A DNA stretch of 64,000 nucleotides from a virus. Below the pieces are notes generated by a model. The model ran no database searches and was not told the DNA's origin. It saw only the letters and a program-made list of their open reading frames with translations. Shown here piece after piece: positions 20,952 through 30,309 of this stretch (positions within the stretch are counted from its first letter, which is position 1; each line of letters starts with the position of its first letter). The DNA is taken from the UHGV virus genome UHGV-0039337, one strand, 5' to 3'. A program made the position numbers and the translations under genes.

Positions 20952-22415
20952 TTATGTTAAATTATAAAATGTTCCATCAGCACCTAATGCTGTTATCTGT
21001 ACTTTATTTCTTATTGTATCTGTAGATTCTGTAATTATTCTTCCATTTTGTGTTGATTGTTCGGTAACCCTATCTGTTTCTTTAATAGTCATACCTTTTA
21101 TTACGTGGCATATTTCACCACCTTCTTCTACTATACCATCAAGTGAACCTGATGATAAAATAAGTCCTATTTGTCCTATATTAAAAGGAAGTAAGGGACT
21201 CTTGTCTTCTTCTTCTATATGTTCATTTACTGATTTGTAAAATTCATCATATAATCCATCATTTAGTATAGCATCATCTAGTTCTTGTTTATCTAGTATA
21301 CTACCTCTGAATATTTTAATTTCTTCTTCTGGTAAATTAATAGTATATGATTCAGTTAAATAGTTTAATAAATCATCATATTTTATTCTAGATAATCTAT
21401 TAAATTCATCGCTATAAGATGGATTTGATGATTTAATACCTATTATAGTTACATATTTAAGTGCATGTCGGTTTTTATTCATATCATCATCAAATTGTGG
21501 ATCGGTACATTTAAATATTTGAATGTTCTTGAGATTCTTAGCTAAGAATAATTTAAAACTTGGAGATATATCATAAAATGGTAAATTAAGAATGAATATA
21601 CCGCCTAATTTTAAATAACGCATACTATTAGTAATTTGTATATCTTCATTAGTAACTGCTAATCTGCCATCAATCTTTTTAGTGGTATTTATTGTTAATC
21701 TAGGATTAACATATACTATATCGAATACATTGTTACTAATAATAGAGCCTTTAATAGATCCTAAAGCTACTCTATCCATATTATCTTTAGCTTTATCGGA
21801 GCCATAAGTCTCTTCACTTAATCCATAAGTCTTAACTGTTATATTATTATTTCTTTCTAGTTTATATTTTAAAAAGTATTCGTCTTCTCCTTCTCCACAT
21901 TGTATAGAGAATATATTTAATGATTTATTAGTTTTTATGTTGTCTGTTATTTCTGTTATAAAATCTGGATGCATTTTATATATATTTGTATTATCTTCTC
22001 TTATTTCTTTTGCTGCATATGATAAATTATAGCTACATAAATTATAACATTCATTAATTGCATTATTTATAGTATTTACACATGTATCATTAAATGCTTC
22101 TTTAATAGTTTGTATAGTTTCGCATTCCATAACTGTATTTAAAAAAGACTCTATCGTATTTTTATGTGATTGTATTCTCTCAAATACTGTATAGTCATCA
22201 TCAATAATACACAATGTATAATTAAATAGTCTTATACATTCTGTAGCATGTTTATATATAATAGAGCGTGATTTATTTATATCTTCTTTATCTGCTAAAC
22301 TAATTGTAATGTATGATCTAAGAGTATTAAGTTTAATTACTAACTCTTGTGATGGTCTGTAAAATGAAGTTGTTATATATATCACTCCTTTTTCTAATAA
22401 TAAAGGAGCGTACAT
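20952..22415 (-). CDS. Hypothetical protein with degenerate amino-methyltransferase-like motifs
   Basis: IFSIQCGEGEDEYFL is motif I-like. About 60 aa later, DIVYVNPRL resembles the D-hh-x-NPPY motif IV but carries NPRL. Any catalytic role is uncertain. Confidence 0.4.
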   Translation of the reverse strand: MYAPLLLEKGVIYITTSFYRPSQELVIKLNTLRSYITISLADKEDINKSRSIIYKHATECIRLFNYTLCIIDDDYTVFERIQSHKNTIESFLNTVMECETIQTIKEAFNDTCVNTINNAINECYNLCSYNLSYAAKEIREDNTNIYKMHPDFITEITDNIKTNKSLNIFSIQCGEGEDEYFLKYKLERNNNITVKTYGLSEETYGSDKAKDNMDRVALGSIKGSIISNNVFDIVYVNPRLTINTTKKIDGRLAVTNEDIQITNSMRYLKLGGIFILNLPFYDISPSFKLFLAKNLKNIQIFKCTDPQFDDDMNKNRHALKYVTIIGIKSSNPSYSDEFNRLSRIKYDDLLNYLTESYTINLPEEEIKIFRGSILDKQELDDAILNDGLYDEFYKSVNEHIEEEDKSPLLPFNIGQIGLILSSGSLDGIVEEGGEICHVIKGMTIKETDRVTEQSTQNGRIITESTDTIRNKVQITALGADGTFYNLT

Positions 22416-22420
22416 ATAAC

Positions 22421-25400
22421 TTACGCTCCTATACTATTTATTATTATTTTATTATCATCTGTAAACTTTCCTTTAAAGTTTATAGTTTTGTCTTTTTTTA
22501 AATTACTTTTATATTTATCTAGATTGAATAATAAAGCTTCATAATTACCTTCTTTAGTATCTAATGATATAAAAGCATATCTCTTTCCTGATTTAGCTTT
22601 ACGTTTAGTCACTTTTGTTATAATAGCTTGGCCACTTACATAAATATCATTATATTTAAGGTCTTCCAGATTACAACACTTATTATGAATATAATTAGCT
22701 TGACATAAAATTAATTCTATCTCATCTTCTGATGCATATAGTTCCAGGTTAGTATCTTTATTAATGAATATAGAGTATTTAGGTGGATCTGGATGTTTTT
22801 TCTTGGCTGAAAGATAATATAATTCTTCATATAATTCTATAACATTAGAGCCAAATGCTCCTATTGCTATCATGCTATTTAATGCTTTTGTATTACATAT
22901 ACTTTTATTTACATGTTTATATATATGAGCCACTAAAGAATCATCTTTATTTTCTTTTTCTTTATTTAGCCAATAAGTAGCAGCATTATAAGCGTTCTCA
23001 GATACATTTGCAAGGCAGCAGAAGCCGAGTCTAATCCCCTCTGTTTCTACTGTACATTTGTATTTTGATTTAGTTATATCAAGAGGTAGAAATTTAATAC
23101 CTACTTTCATACATTCATTTTGTATTGTTTTAAATTTAGCTTTACGTTCATCAGTTTTACCTGATTTATTATTATACATACAAGTTAAAGTTGCCGCATA
23201 AAATTCTTTAGGATAGTAAATTTTATAATATGCTGTTTCATAACAAGTTAAAGCATAAGCTACAGCATGAGATTTGTTGAAACTATATTTCCCTGAATCT
23301 AATATTAATTGAAATATTTTTTCAAATATATCATCAGTCATAATATTTTTACTTAACTCTTTTAATTCTGCTTTATATGAAGCTATTTTATCAAATTTTT
23401 TTTTGCTAGATGATTTCATAAGCGAATATGCTTCATGCAATGGCAATCCCATATTTGCACAACATTGCATTAATTCTTCTTGATAAATCATAACTCCATT
23501 AGTTGTCTTAGTAGCTTTATCATAAGCTGGATGTATATATTCTATATTTTCTTTGCCTTCTTGTATTTTCATATAATGTTCATCGAGCCCTGATTGAATA
23601 CAAGGGCCACGGACAAGAGCAAGACAATCAGCAAGTTGTTCTATATTACGTGGGTTTAATCTTCTCATGCGTTGTTTGTAAGTATTACTGCCTATTTGAA
23701 ATAGCCCTGTAGTATTACGAGAACAGATTAAATCCCATACTTTTTTATCATTTAATGGATCAAATTCTATATCTATTTTATGACCTGTAAGTTTTTCACA
23801 TTCGCTTAATATACATAAAGTATTTAATCCTAAATAATCATATTTTACTAAGGCCTGACTTTCTGCATCATGTAAATCAAGGGCTGTAGCATTTAATTCT
23901 TTTTTGTCTTGTCTAACCATTGGTGCTACATCAGATACTTTAGATTTAACTATTAATGTACCTGCTGCATGTATAGAAGTATGACATGGTAAACCTTCAA
24001 GCTTCATAGCCATTTCAAATACTTCTGGATATATTTCTTGCCACTCTCTAAGTTCTGGTACTATCTCTAATGATTCTTCTATTGATAAATCGCTTTGCTT
24101 TTCTGTGCCATCTTCAGATTCTTCATATACACATTGAGGTATTAGTTTAGCTATTTTATCTTCGGTCTTTAAGTCTATATTATATAATTTGCATACGCTT
24201 CTTATTGATGATCTTGCTTTACGTATACTAAAAGTAGATACAGCTGCACAATGATCAAGTCCATAAGTATCTAAAGTATACTTAAACATAATATCTCTAT
24301 AGTCACTAGGCACATCTATATCTATGTCAGGGTATTGTGCCCTTGCGGTGTATACTTAAAAATCTATCAAACATAAGATTATATTTAATAGAATCTACTT
24401 TGGTTATTTGAAGTAAATAAGCAACAATAGATCCGCATACGCTGCCTCTTCCAGGGCCCATTTTTGCTCCAATCTTATTCATATATTGTATTAGATCTCT
24501 TGTTATTAAAAAATAAGAACTAAATCCTAAATCATCTATAACTTTAAGCTCTTCATACATTCTATCAACGTATTGTGCTGGATTTTTAATTTTATATTGT
24601 ATTTGATCTAATCTTTCTAAACATAATTTTTCTATATAAGTTTTAGGAATATAACCTGTAGGACATTCAAATTCTGGAAGGTTTAACTCTTCTTGGTTGA
24701 AATCATATGATTCAACTTTATTAGATAAGTCCATAGTATTGTCTAATGCTTGATTAATTATATCTGCATTATACAATTCACTATTAAAAGAATTAAAGAT
24801 TTCATCTCTAGACATCATATAATATATTTTATCTGCATATATACTTTCATCTTCATTTTCTGGTGCTTTTAAATTACGCGTAATTCTTATATGAAAATCA
24901 TGAGTTTTCCAATCTTCCTTATTTATATAATGCACATCATTAGTAGCAATGAGTTTAATGTTTTTCTCTTCTGCTATATTAATCATTGCATTATTAACTT
25001 TAATTTGTTCATCAAAATTACCTGGTTGAATTTCTAAATATAAGTCATCTCTGAACATATTATATAATTCTTCAATATGATTAATAGCTTGTTCATTTTC
25101 ATTGTTTATAATAAGTTGAGGGGCATATCCTCCTACACAAGCTGTAGTACAGATAAGCCCCTCAGTATAGTCTTTTATATGTTCTAAATCTATACGTGGT
25201 TTATAATAATAATATTCAACAGATGCATCTGATACTATTTTCAATAAGTTAGATATGCCTGTTTTATTTTTAGCTATTAATACCATATGATATAACTTTT
25301 TATGTTCACTGTCTTTAATAGTACAGTCTTCACATAAATATATTTCACAGCCTATAAGTGGTTTAATATTATTGTTTATACACTCATAATAGAATCCATA

Positions 25401-25577
25401 CATATTACTTAAAGATCCGTGATCTGTTATAGCTATGGATTTCATATTAAGTTTTTTAGCTTTAGCAATTATATCTTTATTTGTAGCGATGGAATCTCCT
25501 ACCGATCCTTTTGTAGTATGCAAATGAGTTATGCAATAATTATTATAATAAGAAGTCATCGTTATCATCTTCTTCAT
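22421..25577 (-). CDS. dnaE: DNA polymerase III alpha DnaE-type (copy 2); the reading frame needs a +1 shift at CCC-TGA-C (plus 24326-24332)
   Basis: The N-terminal ORF (25577-24327) has PHP motif HLHTTKGSVGDS and GPGRGSVCGSIVAYLL, ending ...HRKGTIP-stop. The +1 frame continues directly as DIDIDVPSDYRD..., matching copy 1 (NPDIDSD), with FNKSHAVAYALTCYETAYYKIYYP downstream. The merged length of about 1046 aa is normal for DnaE. Confidence 0.65.
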
Positions 25578-25854
25578 CTATTTCGAAAATGTCATCTATA
25601 CCTAAAGGAATTTCTCCATCGTTTTCTTTCATTGTACAATCTATACATTGTTTCTTTTTATGTCCGCTTTCAAACGCTAAACAAGAAAAAGTATAATCCT
25701 CATCTTCATCTATATCAATACTTATATGATTTTTTGTGCAATAGCATTTTATATTTTTAAAATCGTATGGACTTAAACAGCATGCTGTATTATATTTACA
25801 TCCAGTAAGATAACATTCTACAGTAGTTTTATTATTTTTGTTATTTGTTTGCAT
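25543..25854 (-). CDS. Small Cys-rich protein with an acidic C-terminal tail
   Basis: 103-aa ORF carrying several CxxC pairs and ending DEDEDY...EEDDNDDFLL. Confidence 0.4.
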   Translation of the reverse strand: MQTNNKNNKTTVECYLTGCKYNTACCLSPYDFKNIKCYCTKNHISIDIDEDEDYTFSCLAFESGHKKKQCIDCTMKENDGEIPLGIDDIFEIDEEDDNDDFLL

Positions 25855-25857
25855 TAT

Positions 25858-26253
25858 TTATTCCTTTCTATATTCTTTACATTCTTGATTATTATATTCT
25901 AATATTTCTCTTAATATTGATCTATGACATATAATATCATTTTTTTCATAACAGATAAGGAATATAGTATATCCTTCATTATTTAAATCTATTATTTCTT
26001 TTAATCCATCAATGAAAAATGGATTGTCAAATGACTCATCTATATATTTTTGTCTATACTCTTTCCAATCAATACTACCATCTTTATACTTGGCTAATGT
26101 AAGTTCCGTGGGCGCAAGTTGAGGCGCCCACTCTATATTATATTTTTTTACGTTTATAGTATTTCTAGGTTTCCATCTAGTTATTAAAAATTTCTTAGTT
26201 GTATCATCATTTGGTAGATTTTTTAAGTTAGACAAATAAGTTGTGTATATCAT
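25858..26253 (-). CDS. DUF488-family protein
   Basis: LITRWKPRN...WAPQLAPTELTLAKYKDGSIDWKEYRQKY...IFLICYEKNDIICHRSILREIL matches the DUF488 pattern (W.P.LaPS..L...y..g.i.W.eF...Y..e ... C.E......CHR). Confidence 0.5.
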   Translation of the reverse strand: MIYTTYLSNLKNLPNDDTTKKFLITRWKPRNTINVKKYNIEWAPQLAPTELTLAKYKDGSIDWKEYRQKYIDESFDNPFFIDGLKEIIDLNNEGYTIFLICYEKNDIICHRSILREILEYNNQECKEYRKE

Positions 26254-26549
26254 TAATGACAGCCACCATTACAAACTCCATTACAATCTCTACTACATGT
26301 ATGTGCTTTTGATTCATTTAAGTTATGAGAAAACTTTTCTTTTCTTGAATCATACTTTTCTTGCATCATACTTCCAGTAGAACCATAACCATCTGCACCT
26401 CTTGTAGTTTCATCTAATTCATCTACTATAAAAGGTTGTGCTTCAAGTACTGGACATAATACTAATTGCGCAATTTTAGCATATTTCTTTAATACAAATG
26501 GTTCTGTTCCTATATTTTCTAGTTCAATACCTATTTCTCCTCTATATTT
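26253..26549 (-). CDS. dut: dUTPase exon 2 (motifs III C-terminal half, IV and V)
   Basis: Begins KYRGEIGIELENIG, then ...AQLVLCP, then TRGADGYGSTG (motif V). The TTG used by the ORF caller is in fact the last codon of the intron, ending in omega-G. Confidence 0.7.
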   Translation of the reverse strand, partial: KYRGEIGIELENIGTEPFVLKKYAKIAQLVLCPVLEAQPFIVDELDETTRGADGYGSTGSMMQEKYDSRKEKFSHNLNESKAHTCSRDCNGVCNGGCH

Positions 26550-27401
26550 CAATTTGTTATGTATAGGCTCTTTATCCTATACTCTCCTACTTTCGTAGAA
26601 GTATCGGACTATATCATTAACTCTCATATAGAGAGCAGAGCGGGGCGCTCGTGTCGGTTTTATTGTTTACCTTACTCAACCGTTAGTCTCTGAACCTTCC
26701 GTATACTTTATAGGCTTCTACGGCTTGGCTGCTGATTAGCATATCTTTCGACTTAGCCTTCCAGCAATTCACCCCGTTTAAAGACTCCAAATTTATTTTG
26801 CTTTATTATATTTTCCTAAAATGTCATGTAATTTGGAATGCTTTGATCTTGATAATATAATTAAATTAGTAGGATCATTATTTATTTTATTTTCATCTAT
26901 ATGATGTACATCATAATTTGGATTTAAATACCATTTGCCATCTATTAATACTGCACAAGATTCAGTAAGTAAATACTGTTCTGCAATTAGCCTATGCTCT
27001 CTAATTCTTCCGAATTTATTTGCAAAAGGATGATCGGGAACATAAACATATATGTAATCATTATACAGTATTTTATTTTGAGTAAAACTAGCATTCAATG
27101 GACCTTTTAATCCATATTGATGATTTCCTTCTCCTTTCATATAATTACTTTTATTGATAATATTACACTCTTCTGAACAAGTTATCATATCTGGATGTTT
27201 TAGTCTTTTAAGTCTTGAAGGTTTAACATAAAATTTTGTGCCGCATATACAACATGAAACATTTGGTTTTTTATTCCATTTATTATACATGTCAGCACAC
27301 GCATGACTACAAACATTTTTTCTATGCTTTTTTATATTATCTGTTTCGTATTCTTCATTACAATAATCGCAATGTCTTAACAATTAAGCGACATCTCCCT
27401 T
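26550..27401 (-). mobile_element. Group I intron (852 nt) in dut with an HNH homing endonuclease gene
   Basis: Splits dUTPase motif III (GTIDS | KYRGEI). Exon 1 ends in U and the intron ends in G. The GC-rich 3' core contains canonical R (GGUUCAGAGACUAAC) and S (AAUGAUAUAGUCCGA) elements forming P7, GACUA paired with UAGUC. Confidence 0.7.
26793..27383 (-). CDS. Intron-encoded HNH homing endonuclease
   Basis: Carries DVHHIDENKINNDPTNLIILSRSKHSKLH (HNH) plus N-terminal Cys-rich zinc fingers. It is in frame with dut exon 1, separated only by TAA, and the ORF caller used a TTG start. Confidence 0.6.
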   Translation of the reverse strand: MLRHCDYCNEEYETDNIKKHRKNVCSHACADMYNKWNKKPNVSCCICGTKFYVKPSRLKRLKHPDMITCSEECNIINKSNYMKGEGNHQYGLKGPLNASFTQNKILYNDYIYVYVPDHPFANKFGRIREHRLIAEQYLLTESCAVLIDGKWYLNPNYDVHHIDENKINNDPTNLIILSRSKHSKLHDILGKYNKAK

Positions 27402-27740
27402 AGAGTCTATAGTACCTGGAGCATTAGGTATTCTTATTTTAGTTTTTAAACCATTACCACTTGTAGGTCTAGCTTGCAATTCTGTGCCTAATGGTATAGA
27501 TGATGCCCAACCAGTGCATGCTAATACTGTTTCTCCTGGCATTATTATCCATGAGGAAACTCCTTTTGCAAAATCTTTATTATCCTCATATGGTTTTTTG
27601 TCTTCATTGAGTCTTTTTAATGCTATTGCAAACACATCCATTCCGCTATCTCCTGGATGTGCATATTTTAATTCTATAGCATCTTCTCTTAATCTTTTTA
27701 CTTTAATAGGCACTTGCGTATAAAAATTCAGTTTAATCAC
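27402..27740 (-). CDS. dut: dUTPase exon 1 (motifs I, II and the N-terminal half of III)
   Basis: Contains HPGDSGMDVFA (motif I), ARPTSGNGLK (motif II-like) and ends GTIDS at the 5' splice site. Confidence 0.7.
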
Positions 27741-27743
27741 TCC

Positions 27744-28283
27744 TTATTTTTTTAATTTTTTACTAACTAAATAGTCTATATATTCTATACCGAAGTTATC
27801 AAACTTACGGCATTTGTCAATTAATTCATTATAGGTCATCCACTTAGCATTCTTAGGTGCATCATATATTTCTTTAATTTTAGCACGATATACTATAGCT
27901 ATATCGTCTGGATTATTTTTTATAGTTTTAATAAATCCAAAATCTTTAACAGTTTTGAGGTCTTTTACTCCACACCTATTAGCATTATATGCTACTATAG
28001 ATTTGATAGGTTCATAATAAAAGATACTTTCTTTAATATAAGCTAAACCATTTCCATTAAATGAGTAACAACCATTACTCATTTTAAATACTAAGTAATG
28101 GTTGTTACTTTCTATTATTAGATATGGTATTATTCTATAGAATAATTTACAGTCATAAGTTACATTTCTATATAGCATATAATTATTATACTTAAGCCAT
28201 AAATTAGACTCGTCTATAGTTAATCCATTATCAAAAGATAGTTTGTATTTTGGTATAACTAATATTTCATTATTCGTCTTCAT
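27744..28283 (-). CDS. Hypothetical protein
   Basis: 179-aa ORF tightly packed against its neighbours. Confidence 0.45.
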   Translation of the reverse strand: MKTNNEILVIPKYKLSFDNGLTIDESNLWLKYNNYMLYRNVTYDCKLFYRIIPYLIIESNNHYLVFKMSNGCYSFNGNGLAYIKESIFYYEPIKSIVAYNANRCGVKDLKTVKDFGFIKTIKNNPDDIAIVYRAKIKEIYDAPKNAKWMTYNELIDKCRKFDNFGIEYIDYLVSKKLKK

Positions 28284-28557
28284 TATTTAATCCATCTTTT
28301 AAAGTTTTAGAAGCTTTAAATGTGGCTCTTTTTTTAGAAGGTATCATTATTTTTTCTTGTGGATTTCTAGGGTTTCTCCCAACTCTTTCAGCTGCTACTT
28401 TAGTTTCAAATGTACCGAAATTTACTAACGATACTTTTTCTCCTGCTTTTAATTCATCTGTTATAGTATCTAATACTGTATTAACTACTAATGTAACATC
28501 ATCCACTGTTTTGTTTGTTTTTTTAGAAACTTTACTTATTAATTCAGACTTATTCAT
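28270..28557 (-). CDS. HU/IHF-family histone-like DNA-binding protein
   Basis: MNKSELISKVSK...VNFGTFETKVAAERVGRNPRNPQEKIMIPSKKRATFKASKTLKD is a typical HU signature. Confidence 0.8.
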   Translation of the reverse strand: MNKSELISKVSKKTNKTVDDVTLVVNTVLDTITDELKAGEKVSLVNFGTFETKVAAERVGRNPRNPQEKIMIPSKKRATFKASKTLKDGLNNEDE

Positions 28558-28579
28558 AAAAAAAATCCTCCAATGTATA

Positions 28580-28960
28580 TTATTTTTTAGTTATTTTACC
28601 ATTATAAAAATCATCAATACAAGCTACATGACATTTAGCACAATTTTCAGATCTACAATTAGGTATATCTCTTTTTATGAGTTCTTTTTTTACATTATAG
28701 CATTTTAATTTTCCATTTTGTGATGGAATATTTAGATTATAATAATTATTTACACATTGAATTTTATGTATTTCATCTGTGTTTTTATTTTTAAATGACA
28801 TAAAACATATACAATCAGCAACTAACTCATAATTTGTTGTATTGTCTCCTGTTAATATTGCTCTTAAATCATCTATTGGCATACCATCTAATGTATTTTG
28901 ATTTTTTATTAATGATAAATATTCAAATAATTCTACGTTTTTCATGTTTATCACTCCCAT
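28580..28960 (-). CDS. Hypothetical Cys-containing protein
   Basis: 126-aa ORF. Confidence 0.4.
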   Translation of the reverse strand: MGVINMKNVELFEYLSLIKNQNTLDGMPIDDLRAILTGDNTTNYELVADCICFMSFKNKNTDEIHKIQCVNNYYNLNIPSQNGKLKCYNVKKELIKRDIPNCRSENCAKCHVACIDDFYNGKITKK

Positions 28961-28964
28961 TTCT

Positions 28965-29774
28965 TTACTCTTGTAACATTTTCTTTAATCTTAACAATGA
29001 TTCATCTATTTCATCTATTGTACCAAATTCGGCTTCTAGCATATCTATTAATTGTGGTGATTTATAAGTTATAACTATTAGTAGATGTTGTAAGTTACTT
29101 TTTCCCCTTGATAACTTATACATGTCTACTATATCACCTACAATATCTTCTGCTATATCTATACCTACAAGTATTAATGCATGAGTTTTTGGTATATATT
29201 TATTTTCTTTAAGTGCTTCTTCATCAAATATACTATTTAATATATTTGTCCATGTATTTTTAGGTACTTTAGAATTATAATGAGGAACTGTTGGCTGTAC
29301 TTTTCCAACACATTCAGTATTTTCAAGATCTTTATGGATGAGCACTTTATCTCCTGTTATATTTTCTGTATATGGAATTATTTTATTGCATTTAGTACAG
29401 AATAGTTCATGTCTATCTCCTTTAAGTTGTATATACTGTATATCTTTTGATATCTTATCTTTTAAGTAACCATCAAAGTTAGCATCTATTACCGTATTTA
29501 CAATTCCTAGATTTAATAGTTCCAATAGGGCTTTTTGCTCTTTTGTTCCTGTTGTATTACGTTCATTTTCTGCTATATTTGTTTTATATAATGCCCAATA
29601 TTCTTTAGGCTTTTTTACCATATTTTTTCTTGAATATACTTGTTCATTAAATTCTGTAGCATGAAATAAATGAGCTTCACGTACAATATCATTACCTACT
29701 ATTACCACTGCATCTTTATACTGTAATAAATTATTTTTCATGCTTTCTAATGCTTTACTTTTATCTACTGCCAT
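28965..29774 (-). CDS. Degenerate SIR2 (sirtuin)-fold-like protein (putative)
   Basis: Motif order and spacing follow sirtuins. VVIVGNDI sits at the GAGIS position, NTVIDANFDGY at the TQNIDGLH position, RHELFCTKC at the HG..CxxC position, and LILVGIDIAEDIV at the VxVGTS position. The second zinc CxxC pair is missing. Confidence 0.3.
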   Translation of the reverse strand: MAVDKSKALESMKNNLLQYKDAVVIVGNDIVREAHLFHATEFNEQVYSRKNMVKKPKEYWALYKTNIAENERNTTGTKEQKALLELLNLGIVNTVIDANFDGYLKDKISKDIQYIQLKGDRHELFCTKCNKIIPYTENITGDKVLIHKDLENTECVGKVQPTVPHYNSKVPKNTWTNILNSIFDEEALKENKYIPKTHALILVGIDIAEDIVGDIVDMYKLSRGKSNLQHLLIVITYKSPQLIDMLEAEFGTIDEIDESLLRLKKMLQE

Positions 29775-30236
29775 TTAATTATCATCTCCTTCATCCATTT
29801 CAAGTTCTGAAGTTAATAATTCTAATAATGTTGTATTGTCTGGTTTTTCTGCTATTTCTGCAGCATATAATTTTTCGTAACATTTACTACAATAATGTTT
29901 ATCTATTTCTAATGCTCCTTCTTTATTTAAGTCGGTATCACCATAATAAGCACAACTATCACATACAGAAGTTCCACATTTATTGCACTTATAAATTTCG
30001 CCATAAGTATTTGCACCACAAGTTGGGCATGTTTTAAGTTCTGGTGGATCATAACCATTATTTTTTTCCTCCCTTGGTATATTCTCCATCTTTTTTGTTA
30101 CTAATTTTAATGGCATTATATTATCATTATTATTTTTAATAGGATTAACTATGGCAGAATTAGTATTGTCTCTTACTATAGTTTTTTTTGCTTTTGTTTC
30201 ATCGACTTCTTTTAATGTACAACTATAAAATATCAA
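29775..30236 (-). CDS. Zinc-ribbon protein
   Basis: CPTCGANTYGEIYKCNKCGTSVCDSC, with an acidic C-terminal tail. Confidence 0.4.
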   Translation of the reverse strand: MIFYSCTLKEVDETKAKKTIVRDNTNSAIVNPIKNNNDNIMPLKLVTKKMENIPREEKNNGYDPPELKTCPTCGANTYGEIYKCNKCGTSVCDSCAYYGDTDLNKEGALEIDKHYCSKCYEKLYAAEIAEKPDNTTLLELLTSELEMDEGDDN

Positions 30237-30309
30237 CTCTGGATTTTTACATATATATTCGTAGTGTTTGCATACTACTTTATGTTTACAATCTGAACAA
30301 AATATACTA

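Noticed and set aside
20952-22415. Calling the 487-aa protein an active DNA methyltransferase
   Set aside because: The motif IV position reads NPRL rather than (D/N/S)PP(Y/F/W), and motif I is weak. Only a methyltransferase-like fold is suggested, and it is listed as hypothetical.
22421-25577. Interpreting the break in DnaE copy 2 as an intron or intein
   Set aside because: The two ORFs are contiguous with only a 1-nt frame offset and no inserted sequence, so a frameshift or indel is the only fit.
26550-27401. Interpreting the interrupting elements as inteins, group II introns or free-standing endonuclease insertions between split genes
   Set aside because: The endonucleases are separate ORFs, not in-frame protein insertions flanked by intein blocks. 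The cores are 200-300 nt with R/S P7 elements, which is group I and not the 600-nt six-domain group II type. The exon boundaries obey the U/omega-G rules.
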